Shown one piece after another: positions 14,316 to 26,837 of a DNA stretch of 50,488 nucleotides. Source of the DNA: Klebsormidium nitens (taxonomy: Eukaryota; Plantae; Klebsormidiophyceae). The position numbers and the translations under genes are program-made. Position 1 is the stretch's first letter, and each line of letters starts with the position of its first letter. The stretch is from contig DF237541.1 of the NCBI GenBank assembly GCA_000708835.1, positions 4,888 through 55,375 of the forward strand, in the 5' to 3' direction. A model generated the notes under the pieces. The model was given only the letters and a program-made list of their open reading frames with translations, ran no database searches and was not told the origin of the DNA.

Positions 14316-14849
14316 GGCGCCGCGCCTGGTCAAGAAGGCGCTGGGCAAGCGCTCAATTGGACTTCCTTCCTCCAAGACTCAGGAGTGTTTTCAACGGGCG
14401 TGTGCGAAGAGAGCTTGATCGCTGCTGATGTCAACCATTCCTGAGATTGAGTACCCATATTCGCGCGTTCTGAGATAAACGTGCGGGGTATCAGCAAGTC
14501 ATAAGCGAACAGTAATCCAAACTTTTATTTGTTGGCATGCAAGGTTTGCAGAGGAACCAGTATTCCATGATTATGCACTCAGATGCTCAAATTGGGTCTT
14601 CACAGGTAGCATAACTGTGCTGGCTGGGCTCTGGGTTTCACATCTAATATACGACTTCAATCTTCCTTCGGGGATGCATGACATCACTGTCATCAATGTG
14701 GACGATCCGTTGGCTGGGCTGAACAACAGCTTTTCTGAAGTTTTCAACTTTTCCCCTGCCCGGGGCCCTGGCATTGAGAAATTCCAAATTCGTTTCGATC
14801 TCTCTGATTCTGAAGAATTTATCCCAATGCCACAAGGAGGAACGCAGCC
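14316..14849. promoter_or_regulatory. Probable bidirectional promoter between divergent UTP10 and SDR genes
   Basis: Only 534 bp separate the two divergent ATGs (14315 on -, 14850 on +). No individual promoter element was identified. Confidence 0.6.
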
Positions 14850-17800
14850 ATGACGACCACCTCGCACATGATCCCCTACTTTTTGGGCCTGAAAGGGCCC
14901 ACCGGTTTCAGCTCGCGGTCCACCGCAGAGGAGACGTCCGCTGGAGTGGACCTCACTGGACGGGTGGCAATTGTGACGGGTGGGTTCAATCGGCGCAGAT
15001 AGTGGGGTGCGGGTGTGGGGGATCAGTAAAGGCGGCGAGCAATTGCATGGGCCATTGGTGTGCAGCTATGATACATTTCTGCTTGTGTCATCGGTTACCT
15101 GTCTAACATTTGAATTTTCTTAAGGGGGGGTTACTAAGCCCGATTGTTGGTTGTGGTAGGAGTTTGAAGGGAAGGCTCAGCTAATGCATTGATCATGTAG
15201 GAATTGGTAGCTTAGACTGCTGGTCAGTCTCTTGATCTACATCCTCTTGCCCCCTCCTTGCACCCCTCTCGTGCTCAACTAACCATCTCAAAAGTTTTTC
15301 TTGGGTTAACATTCTCCTTATTGCCCCAAAAGAATGCGCCTCCAAAGTCTGTCTCAAGTTGCATCTCCCTCGACTTCCTTCAAAACCGACTTTGGCCAAT
15401 TTGCGCAATGAAGCAACATGGAATCAAGAAGTTTGAAGGTGGCAGCTTTGTTAGTCAGTTGAAGACCTTTCGAAGAAGCAATGCGGATCTTTGTTGGACT
15501 GAAGTCCTTGTTTCAACCGCATTGTATCTTACACTTAAAGGTGTAGAAACCGAATCGGCCCAAAAGAAACTCTCAAACTGATTGAGTCTCTGAATGCATT
15601 GCTCGACTTATAATTCATCTGTTGCCACCCATGAGGGCCCAACCTTCTCGGTGAATTCATTGAACTGCACCACACGCCCCAAGCAGGAGTTTCAATTCTA
15701 GAGGCGTACAAAACAAATCAGCCACCAACAAAAGTACCTTAGGTGGGCCGCTGGTACTGATGAAACCTGGTACTGTTGAAAGCCCGATATTTTTTTCTAG
15801 TTCTTTCCTCTTCATGACTAACTCCTTGACTTGACAATCTTACTAGGCCCCGAATATATCTGGGCCTTGACATGAATGCCTGTCAAAGAGAAAAGATTCC
15901 TCAAATGGGAGGTTTTTAGCACCAGCTACTCTCCCAACACAAGCTACCAATACCTTTCCACAATCAGTGCAGCACATAAACCAGTATTCTTTTCTGGAGA
16001 CGTTCTAAAAACGCTATGAGAGAAAATGAGGATTCAGATGAAGTATAACATGTCCTCCTCTCACAGGTGCCTCCAGCGGCCTTGGGATTGAGACCGCCCG
16101 TGTGCTCGCACTGCGGGGGGCGGAGGTGGTCATTGGCGTGCGGAGAGTGAATGCGGGGGAGGAGACAAAGGAAGTCATTCTGAAGAGCATTCCAAATGCA
16201 AAAGTGGGTGTGCTGTCTCCACCCCTGTCATTCCTCTTCTGAGAATTTCTGAGAACTTCTGAGAACTTCCTCTGAGAGTTGTCTTGAGAACTCTTCCTCC
16301 AAGCGGAGCTTGTGGAGTCGTCAAGTGAATTTTGAATCAGATTGTTGCTTGTCGCTCCAACTCGTTTTTCGGCTGGTAAGATTCCGAGGTCATCTGGCTG
16401 GCAAAGAACTTATGAGACTCCTGGGCAGACCTTATGGTCCTTTCTGCACAGTATTTCTCCTCCAACTTGGACAGATCAGATCTCAGGGACATTTACTAAA
16501 GTTGTTTTGTGCGGTTTGCTGGACTTAATTGACTTACGACATCGCATTTCTTGCTCTGCAGATCCACGTCCTGGAGCTGGACCTGGGCTCGCTCGCCTCG
16601 GTCCGCGAGTTCGTCAAGAACTTCAAGGAGCTTAAGCTGCCGCTTAACATCCTCATGTGAGCCCACGATCCAACGGTTCTTATCAAATCTGTTGCCTTCG
16701 AATCCAATGATAACGCTTGACAGCGTTAGCTTCGTGGTTTGTTTAATCATTGCCAGTCTAGAAGGCGGATTTCTAAAGGTCTGCGATTCAGAAGTTCACT
16801 GCTGTAGGATGCGTTCTCAGTAGCCACACGTGGGTCCGCCGAGATAGTGGTCAATAAGCCTGATCGACCCTCGGTTGTCCAATCGGTTGCAGGATCACGA
16901 CTTTTTTCGAGCAGACTTCCCTCTTGCTCTCTTTGATTAGTCACCATCTATGGCACCCCTATCGAAACCTGTCTTTCAAGCTAAGCTTCCTTCAGACTAG
17001 TTGCGATTTCCTATTCTTCTTCTGCTTCCTATGAAACTGAAAATGGTGTGATAAATCCTTCTACCTTGATTCGTTGAATCCTGAAACCTAACAAAGCTCT
17101 GAGTCCGTCTTTTGTCCCTGCGCTTGCAGCAATAATGCGGGTGTGATGGCGTGCCCCTTTGGCAGGACCAAGGACGGCCACGAGCTGCAGTTTGGGACTA
17201 ACCACCTGGGTAAGCGGAAACTAGATCCAGTTAACCTTCACATTGACGCCCCTGATCTCTTGCAATCGACCTGATCATTGGGATTGACGCGTCAGTCACA
17301 GATCACAGCTGAACGGATCATTTTCTGCACCCGCACCTGTGCTTCAACGAAAGCTTTACAACCAGAGCTGTATTCCGGTGTGGTGCTTGCTCGACCACTT
17401 CTGTAAGAGCGTACCTGGATTTGCAGCTCAACAAATGCTTGGGTTGCCCTACAATGCGTTTCTTCTGTTCCTGTGCTGCGGCCCTGTCAGCCCCCTTCTG
17501 TGCACAGAGCCCACTTACATCAGCAACTCGCCCTCACAAGGATCAGTTCCATACACAATCAAATATGCCATCCAACTCCCACTGGGACTTGCCACACGTG
17601 CGGCCCGCTTGCATCGGAGCCGCACTTCTTAGATCTTGTATGTCGACCTCACTTACTGTCGTTTTATTAACTGGGACTTGACTAAAAGCTTCTCTGCACG
17701 AGTTGCGGCATGGTGTCCCGTAGTTGGTTGAAAGCTCTAGCTTATGAGCTTCCAAACCCTGGCACCTCGAGCAGCCTTTGGATAATCCCCTTTTCTCTTG

Positions 17801-20736
17801 CTGATCTTCGCCTTCGATCTGACGCCCTGGGCTTGTTCACACTCCTCGCAGCCCGCTTTCTGCTGGACCCCTGCCGTTTCTCAACTTCGATCGGACGCCC
17901 CGGGTGCATTCACACTCCTCGTAGCCCACTTTCTGCTGGACTCTTGTTGATTTTCACCTCCCATTTAACGCCTCGAGTTTATTCACACCCCACGCAGCCC
18001 ACTTCCTGCTCGATTCCGGAATTCTCCACCTTCAATCTGACGCCCGGGGTTTGTTCAGACTCCGCGCAGCCCACTTCTTCCTGGTCTCTCGTTGATCTTC
18101 TCTTTCAATCTGACGGCCCGCGCTTATTCACACTCCACGCAGCCCACTTTCTGCTGACGGAGCTGCTGCTGCCGCTGATCAAGCAGACCGCCAAGGACAC
18201 CGGCATCCAGGGCCGCATCGTCATCCTGGCGTCATCCGGGCACGACCTCACCTATCCGGGGGGTATTCGGTTCGACAAGCTCGACAGCGAGGAGGGGTGA
18301 GCGTCGAGCGTGAGCGGCGACTTCTTCAGATTTCGAAATTCTGATTATCGAAAGTGGAGAACGTCCGGCGGCGAGGAGGCGTTTCAGGAACACAGAGCCT
18401 CAAAATGCTAAAAGTTCTGAGATTGGGTTTGGCATCACTTCACCACGTTACGCAGTGCCGCTGCGACGAGGGCGCCGAAATGTCCTTCGGAGTACCAAAG
18501 GGTCCGAGGTCTGTCAAATCCGTTCATCCCTCCGGGTGTGTACCGTATCAGAAGTCGGGTATTTGCAACTCATGAAAGGAAGGGCTGTCAGGTTCTTACC
18601 ATTGACAGCAAGGATGGCTGAGATTTGAAGCTTCAAGAATAGTGAATCAAGGGCCTTAGAAGCTTCTGACCCGCTGGCTCCAAAGCTTTGACGTTTTTCA
18701 GTTTCAGTTTCAGTTTCAATTTTTCAAATTTTTGAGTCTGGCTTAACATTACCAGATTGTGTGCAGACCAGGTCAAGTGATGAGGCCGCGCTGGAGAGAA
18801 TCAAACTCAAGAAAAATTTTAGTAAGCCGAGATAATAGTAAGGTAACCGCACTGGGACGGGTAGGGTTAGTTTGGTGGTTAGGGTGGGTATGGGCGCCGA
18901 GCGGGTGTATTTTTGGGTTAGGGTTTCTAGTGTTAGTCGGTGCTTACTATTATCTTGGCTGACTAATATCTTTCTTGAGTTTTATCTGAAAGGATACGAG
19001 AATCAGATCAACGTTCAGATTGTGCCCATTTACTTTTCTGTGTGTTCGATCGTCTTCTGGCTCATCCGGAGATTACAGCGCACAGCTTTTGACCCTTTTC
19101 CGCCCGTGCAGATACGATCCGTATCGTGCGTACGGCCAGTCCAAGCTCGCAAACCTGCTGCACGCAAAGGAGCTGGCGAGGCGCCTCAAGGTGGGGCCGC
19201 TGTTATGCTTCGTCTCTTAAACTGTGTTAATCTGGTGATATTCTGGTCCACAAGCCGAAAGTGGTTGCAAGCCCGCGCTCTGAGATAACTTTTCTCCTTC
19301 TGTCAAAAGCGACGGATAAGAAGCTCTGATCCGTCATGGGGCGGTTCTGGACCGCGGTCTTCATCTCCCGGCGGAAGTGTGGGAAAGACTTTGCGACCAG
19401 GTATGTGATGCTTTTCGAGGTGGCCATTGCTCAGATCTCGACACCAGCGGTTTGATCTTGCTTACTGCCCCCGTGGTCGACAATAAACTCGACGGTGAAA
19501 CCCTGCTCGGAGGCTTGCTACCTTCGTGCCACATCCTTCTGCATTCCTGAAGCGCCTTGTCCCGCATGTGAGCGCGTTTGGCACGGACGAGGACCGTTTC
19601 CCCGCGCGCAGTGACGCCACAGCATTCGCAACCGGCTTTCCTTCTGTCAAAGATAGGTCTTAATGCTGACTTTGCAAGAGCACCCATCGTCAAGACGAAA
19701 CAGCGTTCGTTCGCAAACCAGATTAGGACCTTGACTTGACAGTGCAGCTTTCCTTAATGTCCTCGGTAGCTGACGTTCACAAAAGTTTTAGACCAAAAAC
19801 GAACCGCCACCCTTTGGCTACAGGAAGAGAACGCGAACGTGATCGTGAACGCGCTTCACCCGGGGGTCATCCAGACGGGCCTCGCGCGGCACATGCCCAA
19901 GATCGCCGTGTTCTTCATCAGTGAGTGTTCTGGACGGACGGACGCTCCGCGAACGCACGCCTTGCGTCCGAACATCGCGCTGCCGCAAGGTCTGACGAAG
20001 AGTGTCAGCGCCGGTGCAAATCAAACAAAGCCGTCTGCCAAGTTCGGCGCAGCTTCTCGTCACCAGTTGTTGCGAACGCCGCGACGAGGTCACTAGGTCG
20101 TCCGAAGCTGGCGCCGCATGCTGACGTCATGTTCTTTGCAGAGACTTTCGGCGGGCTGGCCCTCAAGAGCATCCCCCAGGTACGGTGTTAATCGCGTTTC
20201 GCCTTAATCCCCTACACGAAAGTCAGTCAGGTCAGACGCACGAAACACCTCTGTGCGCGAAGTAATCGTCTCCCCTTTTTCCTGTTGAGCAACAAGCAAG
20301 AACCATCCCAACCGTCGACGAACACTTTTTGTGTGCCAATTCATTTCCTTAAATGGGCAATCACCGCGCCAGATAAACGTTGGGAAGTCCAACGTCAAGC
20401 GCCGCTAGCAAGCAAAGGCGAGCCCTCTTCTTTGGACTCATCAGTTGCTGCCGTTCACGCCGACCCTTCCTTCTCGATCTCGCATTTCGAAGGCACCGCT
20501 GAGTGCTTTTCTCACTTTGTTCCTTTCTTTTCAGGAATGCGATAGGAGAGCTGATTCGCCATTTTTGCTTGTTGCAGGGAGCGGCGACGAGCTTGTTTCT
20601 GGCAACGAACCCCAAAGTCACGGTCTCAGGCGAGTACTGGGCCGACAGCAACATCGCCGCGCGGAGCGATCTGGCGCGCGACGACGGACTCGCCAAGCGG
20701 CTCTACGAAGTCAGCCTCGATATGACCAAACCCTAG
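14850..20736 (+). CDS. TIC32: Short-chain dehydrogenase/reductase, TIC32/retinol dehydrogenase-like, 9 exons, about 322 aa
   Basis: Motifs: [15 protein letters not shown]-terminus, Rossmann [29 protein letters not shown], catalytic YGQSK and [10 protein letters not shown]. Exons: 14850-14979, 16067-16203, 16562-16656, 17130-17209, 18143-18296, 19112-19190, 19824-19920, 20142-20179, 20578-20736 (969 nt, phases consistent). An alternative in-frame ATG lies at 14868. Exact orthology to TIC32 was not tested. Confidence 0.88.
16236..16293. repeat. Short intronic tandem repeat (TTCTGAGAAC-like 10-mer, 3 clear and 2 degenerate copies)
   Basis: cttctgagaatttctgagaacttctgagaacttcctctgagagttgtcttgagaactc in SDR intron 2. 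Confidence 0.8.
17813..18156 (+). repeat. Five tandem ~73-bp copies of the branch point, 3' splice site and start of SDR exon 5
   Basis: Units start near 17813, 17886, 17959, 18031 and 18104. Consensus: ttcaatctgacgcc..ttcacactcc.cgcag|cccactttctgctg. Acceptor AGs end at 17851, 17924, 17997, 18069 and 18142; the last is the one used in the gene model. Confidence 0.92.
18852..18930 (+). repeat. Degenerate telomere-like G-rich tract (GGGTTAG/TTAGGG-like) in SDR intron 5
   Basis: gggacgggtagggttagtttggtggttagggtgggtatggg...ttttgggttagggtttctag. Confidence 0.55.
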
Positions 20737-20950
20737 ACCCTAACCTTAACCCTTAACCAAAAATGCCAAACCCTGAGCCATAAACCTTGAGCCCTGCTTT
20801 CGAGTCCCCAGCCCCACTTGATCCCCACAGCCCTGAAGCTTGACAGTTGACCCTTTTCTTGAACCGTACAACTCAAACCCTGCACTCATAGATCATAGGG
20901 GACTTTAAAAGGTTGACCCCCTACACCTCAAACCCCGTTTCCCAAACCTT
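20731..20950 (+). repeat. Degenerate telomere-like C-rich tract (CCCTAA/AAACCCT-like) starting at the SDR stop codon
   Basis: ccctagaccctaaccttaacccttaacc...aaaccctgag...aaaccttgagccctg...aaaccctgc...aaacccc...aaaccttagg. Confidence 0.6.
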
Positions 20951-22128
20951 AGGTTCTAGCTGAGTACTGGGATTTGGAAGCTGACGGCACTCCTTCGGTT
21001 TGACGCCCGCTGCTTGCGTGGAGCAATTAATGTGGTCCAACAGATGATAGTTTAGTGCATGCCTGATTGATGGGCAATTTTGTGCGGAGTGTAAAGTATA
21101 CGCGCTTGGGGAAGAAGCCGTTAGTATATTTGGATAAAAGATAGTTGTGAGGAGGATTGCTTGATCACTAGAGCCTTTTATTGTATAGTGTGTTTGCTGG
21201 TTCGCCGTCTTGCGCTACTCAATTGCTGACAGATATGGTGTACTTTTGCTTGTTCAAACTAAACATATCTATTTCTCCTCTTATTTGAGGAGTGTTAGAG
21301 CCGTGCTTACAAGAATTGGGACTCCTTCACTGCACAAATTTCTGGTGCACCATCATTTGAATGCTCCGCGCTGTATGATCTTTGGATATACGTCGCAGTT
21401 CACGAGGATAGAGTCGGGAGAAGATGTGCAAATGTAAAATTCATCTCTGCTATTTCCTAGGTTGCATATCAGAAGAGGTCATATTTTGACGTTTATCCAT
21501 TCGTCGATCTGGCACTGACTTTAGTGCATTTCTTAAATGATGCATACCTCGTAAATGTTTTCAATATGACTAGCTTAATTGAAAAGCAATTAATAGTCAA
21601 TGGATTTGTGCATATATCTTACAAGTACGGTCGCCCAATAAATGTGGATATGAATATGCCATGCATGTCAGATCGAGCTTGGACGAAAGGGCGCATTACA
21701 ATCAAAAAATAATTCTGGCCAAGACGATGAATAGTAATTCTGTTATGTGATAATTTATTGTTGAATAAAGTAGAAATCCATATATGTTTTGTAATACTCG
21801 TAATTGTTTATAACCCATAGTGTCATTCAAAGGCGAAGCTTTGATCTCTTTTGTTTAGTTGTCGTTGGACGAATTGGGATTGGCAAATTTGACTTAACGT
21901 TGAACATACATTCAGATTGGATTGATGGATGTTTGACAATGCTCCGCCACTTCTCCAAAAAGCGTCACTTAGGAAAGATTGTTCACAATCAGAAACGGCT
22001 GTTTCCTATCTATATACTACACAACAACACACTCATTCTGATTTTATTCTCAAAATCATTTGTACAGCAGTTTTACAGAGCAAGTCTTTCACAAAATTGT
22101 TTAAGGATACACCTCAGGAGGACACAAT

Positions 22129-24800
22129 TTAGAACCTGAAGAGGGGGCTGCCCGTAATACCTTCAACAGTAAGCACGACAATAATGCCAATCCTGCACAG
22201 AAAAATCAGTGTCTTATAACAAGATTCAGAAGACTTAACGATTTTCAGCAGCACGAGACAGCAAACGATGTCCACTCAATGGTGTACGGTAAAGGCGTCG
22301 AGTCGTACTCAAATGAACCAGATAAATTCAACACGGAAACTGGGTAAACAGCTCCGTACTTGTGCGGGTTGGAACAACTGAAAGGGCAGACAAGATGCAA
22401 CCAACGACATACATAGACATTCGTGACATGCCAATTCTGTCGACAGCGGTCTGGCAAACAACCGGAGGAATACTCACATCGCAGCTCTGCCGTTCAACCT
22501 CTCGGCGTATTGAGTGAAGGGACCAACGGCACGTGCAGGTCTGCAATGAAAAAATCAGGGCGATGAATTACAAACAGTCTCGTAAGCTATGATTTTCGCA
22601 CAGGTGACAGACAAAGCAGCTGCTGAAACCCAAAGCCGAGATTTGATGGTGAGCGATGAGCAAAATCTGAGACGCTTCGTCACAAGACTTGAGATTTGAA
22701 GCTTTCGAAAACAAGCGACGATGAACCGATGGAGGGATCGTATCAATAAGCACCAAGATTCACAGCCCGCGTCGAAGCAGGATACGTAAAACGGTAAAAG
22801 CTGCTGAAGTAGGTTTGAAAAAGATTTTCACCTGTCCAAGCCGTTGTCGGGCATGTCCCTGACGCGGGGCGCGAACGAGCTCACGAAAACGGTGACGATC
22901 GTGAGACCCAAAAGCAGCAGAGAGGGCGGGCCGTCGCGAGCAATCAGCTGGTTCCACACGCTCCTGCCGGTGACAAGCTCGGCGATCACCTGTGAGCGCA
23001 TACGAAGATTGTCAATCAGCAATTCAATAAGTGGAAGTCGACTAACTTTGATTTAGCACGAAATGATTTCGACTCTTAAACAGGCACAGGGCCTCGGGCG
23101 GAGTGATTCCGTCGAAAGTTATTCCGTGGCGCTGAAAACAGACAATCGAGGAACCGCCTGACGCACTTTTGCTGTCGAATCTCTCCTGTCACGTTGCCTT
23201 TTCCTGTGACTGACAGATCTCCGCTTTTGTCGGAACTGAATCCAGTTAATAACTACCTCTGTGAAAAGCTTTCCATTCCCATGACTGCAGGAAGTTGACT
23301 CCACACTCAAACCGAGAGTACAACAGTTTCTCTGTGAATGACATCTTTCACAAACATGACGAGGCAAGGTGAAGTCTCCGCGTTTTCAAATGGGCGGAGT
23401 CACAAGACTTTCTTACCGCTGAGGTAAAGCCAACCATGGCCGCCCGCCCATTGAGCGTCTCCTGCATGAAGCCGCCCTTGAAAACGGATGTGCCATCGCC
23501 AAAATTTCCGGGGCCCTTCACCAGGGGCTCTTCCTTGAAGCTGGGGTCAGACGTGTCGGCCTCCCGGGTCAAGTCGGGGCGGGGCAGGTTGTCGTCCTTT
23601 TGCACCGCGATCTGGCCCTCAGTGTTGCCCTCGGGCTTCAGAGGTGTCTCCTGCGCGGACATGAGGAGGAGGGACAGTCAGTGCAAGGCAGACTAGAACG
23701 CGCCGTAATGAGACTTCTAATCTTCCCGAAGACGTTAACGCAACGAAGTAAGACTTCTCTATATATGCAAAAGATCATGTGCGAGCACTAATGCGGAGTT
23801 CGACGTAGTGTGAAATCAGCTTTGTGAAGACACTAGAATCCCCCGCGAAAGCAAAATATTTAGGAGATTGGTTCAAAAAGGGAACCAGGAACAGCCAGGA
23901 AAGTAGCTTGCAGTTGACTCTTAATCGTATCGGCTTGTAAGTTCCTCTCTACAGGGATGAATCTGATCTCATGCAGGAGTTTTACAAGAAAACAGGAGGG
24001 ATCATTCGGCTGAAGGAAATTCGGACTTTCAGTCGTGCCCAATGTAACATGTGGGAAGGGCGTTTCCCAAGACAACAAATGCAGACGTTTTCGAGGATGT
24101 GGTGTGCTCAGATCTAGATTGAAGATCGGCCAACAACTGTGGAGCTTAAGCCAGATCCATGCACCGCTTTCAATGCACAAGTTGCGGCCCATCGCAGCAT
24201 GACCCTCGAGATCCCTTATGACCAGTTTAATACTTCCGTTTGCATGGGAACCCTGCGACAGTGCATGCTCTGCAGCCAACAATTGGCCCGACCGACCTTT
24301 TTTCAAAGCTGACCACGTGCAATTTGGAACGTTCCAGCCGACGCGTTTGGCATGTGAGTGCTTATACCACAACCCCATCAAGCTGTGCTCGGGCATATGC
24401 TGGCCAGTGGGAGCCCTGTAAGCTGAACACAGGCTGGACATAGGCCTTTCTCTGTTATGCTGCCAGGACCGCTTGCCGCCTTCCTGTGCTTATATTGCCT
24501 TGGTCACCCCTAAATGGGCAGTAGACATGCAGCCCGTGAAGAGATAAGCATACACAAAACTCTCGAAAACAACGGATTCTCAGACTACTAAATGCGATCT
24601 CCCAGACCACTTACCAGCTTGCTCCTGACAACATGCTGGGCCCTGCCTGACCGGCTTGCCAGAGGGATGGATTTCGGACCTGCGCTGAACTGCCCAAAGA
24701 AGGAGCTCCGCAGAGGCGCTTGCTCTGCGGAACAGCGACTGGAAACAGACGCCAGGCGCAAGGAGCTGACGCGCTGCGCAGCCAGAGTGGAGGACGCCAT
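22129..24800 (-). CDS. ELIP: Early light-induced protein-like (three-helix LHC superfamily) with plastid transit peptide, 5 exons, about 234 aa
   Basis: Ser/Arg-rich N-terminus MASSTLAAQRVSSLRL. Two LHC motifs, QETLNGRAAMVGFTSAVIAELVTG and YAERLNGRAAMIGIIVVLTVEGITG, flank a central hydrophobic helix. Exons: 24800-24615, 23650-23417, 22989-22832, 22540-22478, 22192-22129 (705 nt, phases consistent). Confidence 0.88.
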
Positions 24801-26837
24801 TGTTTGAGGGAATTATCAGCGTGAGACTAACAGCGGGGGCTTAAAAAGTGGATCGCGATTAGTGTTGGATTCTGTAATCAGGATTGCAGAAAGGCGATCC
24901 TTTACAATGCAGCCGCAAAGTTTTGAATGTGGGTGCGAAATCTGTGGTTAGCTAGAGTTGGAAAAAACCTGGTTAAGTAGCTGACCTAGATTCAAGACCT
25001 GTTTGTTACTCTAATCTGACACAAACCCATGTTTCAAACCTTGAAAAGGCGCCGTATTGGAGGCAATAACACTGCATGCAGCAAGCGCGCACCCTACTAG
25101 TAGATGGCAGTCTGGCATGGCCCTGCCAGTACTCCATAGCGGCCGGGACAGTAAGAAAGTACCTGCGATTCTTTGCATGTAGTTGAAGCAGGCCTCCAAA
25201 TGTACGGAGCGAGAGTCGATGGCGAGGCCGCGTGCATGAAGGCCAGCTATCGGCTGCGAGTTCAGGACGTACCGGGGCAGATTTGCCAGCAACCTGGCCC
25301 CGGTGTGCTCCCGGCTGAATAAGAAGATGGAACGTCGACCACGTGCTCCACGTGATACGACATGCGGCAGTCTCCGATACGTCCACATTAGCTGAGAGGA
25401 GCAACCGAGAGACTCAGGAGTCAGAGCGCACTCTAAGGACGGAATTCCCGGCGACCGGGCCATACTTCAGCTAGAGAAAAGAAAGGCGGAATGCAATAAG
25501 ATAGTGGACAAGGATAGCCTTCTTTTGAATACGCCCTAGACAAATACCGTAGGCCATAGGCTTTTCAGATACACAACTTTTTCAAGCCATGATATAAGTG
25601 AAAGATACGATCTCGAGAAGAAATACTTCGTCCTCATGACGTTCATCACTTTGAAGGAGGCAAACCCTCATGCAACCCGGCCGGGTCCTCAGAGTAGCAT
25701 GCAAACGAAGCGCGCAGCTAGGTGGATTTTTCTGCAGTCGTCGTGCATGCAGTCTTAGCTCGAACACGTACGGGCAACGACGTGTTGCTTTTACTGAAAG
25801 CAACGGCCTGCTATACTTGGATCTCCGTACTGATTATTTGCATAGCATGACGGACAGTGATTGATTCGGATCTATGCAACAGCTAAAATTTAATGGACTA
25901 TATATAGCTCTAGCCTTTGACGGCCGGACGAAGATTCCATGATTGTCATGGCTTCTTCATAATTCTTGGACGGTGAGCTTTGCAATCGTCCACCAGGGCC
26001 TGCCGTATGAGATTCGTATGCCTTAAAACCGGATGGATCTTGCGGTTCCATATCGTGCACTTCCAACATATATTCGGCAGAAATGGGTCGCACCAACTTG
26101 AAGTAGTATGCTATTCGGACGACTCTCATTGAACGTCTTTGGATTGACGAAGCTTATATAAATGCACAGCCTTCTTACTCAAGCGGAGCTATAGATCGAT
26201 GGCCTGAGCGTGTTGTATTCACGTTGAATTGGAGAGATACACCTATGAATGCAGATCAGATCGCGAAAAAGAAGGAGAAGAAGAAGAAGAAACAACCAAA
26301 CGATCAAGGATGTATACCCGGCTGCTCAGTTTGATGTACTGATCAACAATCTGCTCAAAAGATCACAACCGGTACACAAGGTTACGTTGACAAAGCTTCT
26401 GCTGCTACCTCACGTCCACAACAACCAAGCTCTAACTTATATAGGTAAAAGCCAATCGTGTCACACTAATATAACTTGAGCTCTCAAAACTCTGTTCTCG
26501 GTTCTGCTTACGAGGTCAAAACCTTGTGTCTTATATCATAGGTACTATGATGTGGTATTCTACATAATATGTACTAACGTATTGTATTATATAGGTAATG
26601 AAAAACTCCAATCAACAGTATGATTAAAATGCGTCAATGGAAGCCAGTCGGCTGGTGCACACGTGCGCCGTCTCCTCCCAAGAGTGGACTCCTTATGTAT
26701 ATATACTCCTACTCACCAAACACACTAACCTTATTCTTAGTCTGCTCAAAACAAAAAACTGCCAGAATTTGTCAGATGCAGCAGCAGGTTGGTAGAAAGG
26801 TTGAATTAAAAGCGCAGACACGCCGGGGTGCCGACCG

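Noticed and set aside
15100-15900. Possible transposon remnant in the 1.1-kb SDR intron 1
   Set aside because: No terminal repeats, target-site duplication or transposase/RT motifs visible.
17813-18156. CRISPR-like interpretation of the spaced repeat arrays (also 40546-41020 and 46859-47490)
   Set aside because: The units are degenerate whole-unit tandem copies of host exon-intron junctions in a eukaryotic gene. There are no unique spacers, no identical repeats and no cas genes.
18696-18719. (TTTCAG)3 acceptor-like hexamer repeat in SDR intron 5
   Set aside because: Too short to separate from an ordinary microsatellite, and far from the real acceptor.
26271-26291. GAA microsatellite and the ORF 26249-26479 that spans it
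   Set aside because: A simple repeat in probable 3' UTR or intergenic DNA. The poly-Arg translation is an artefact.
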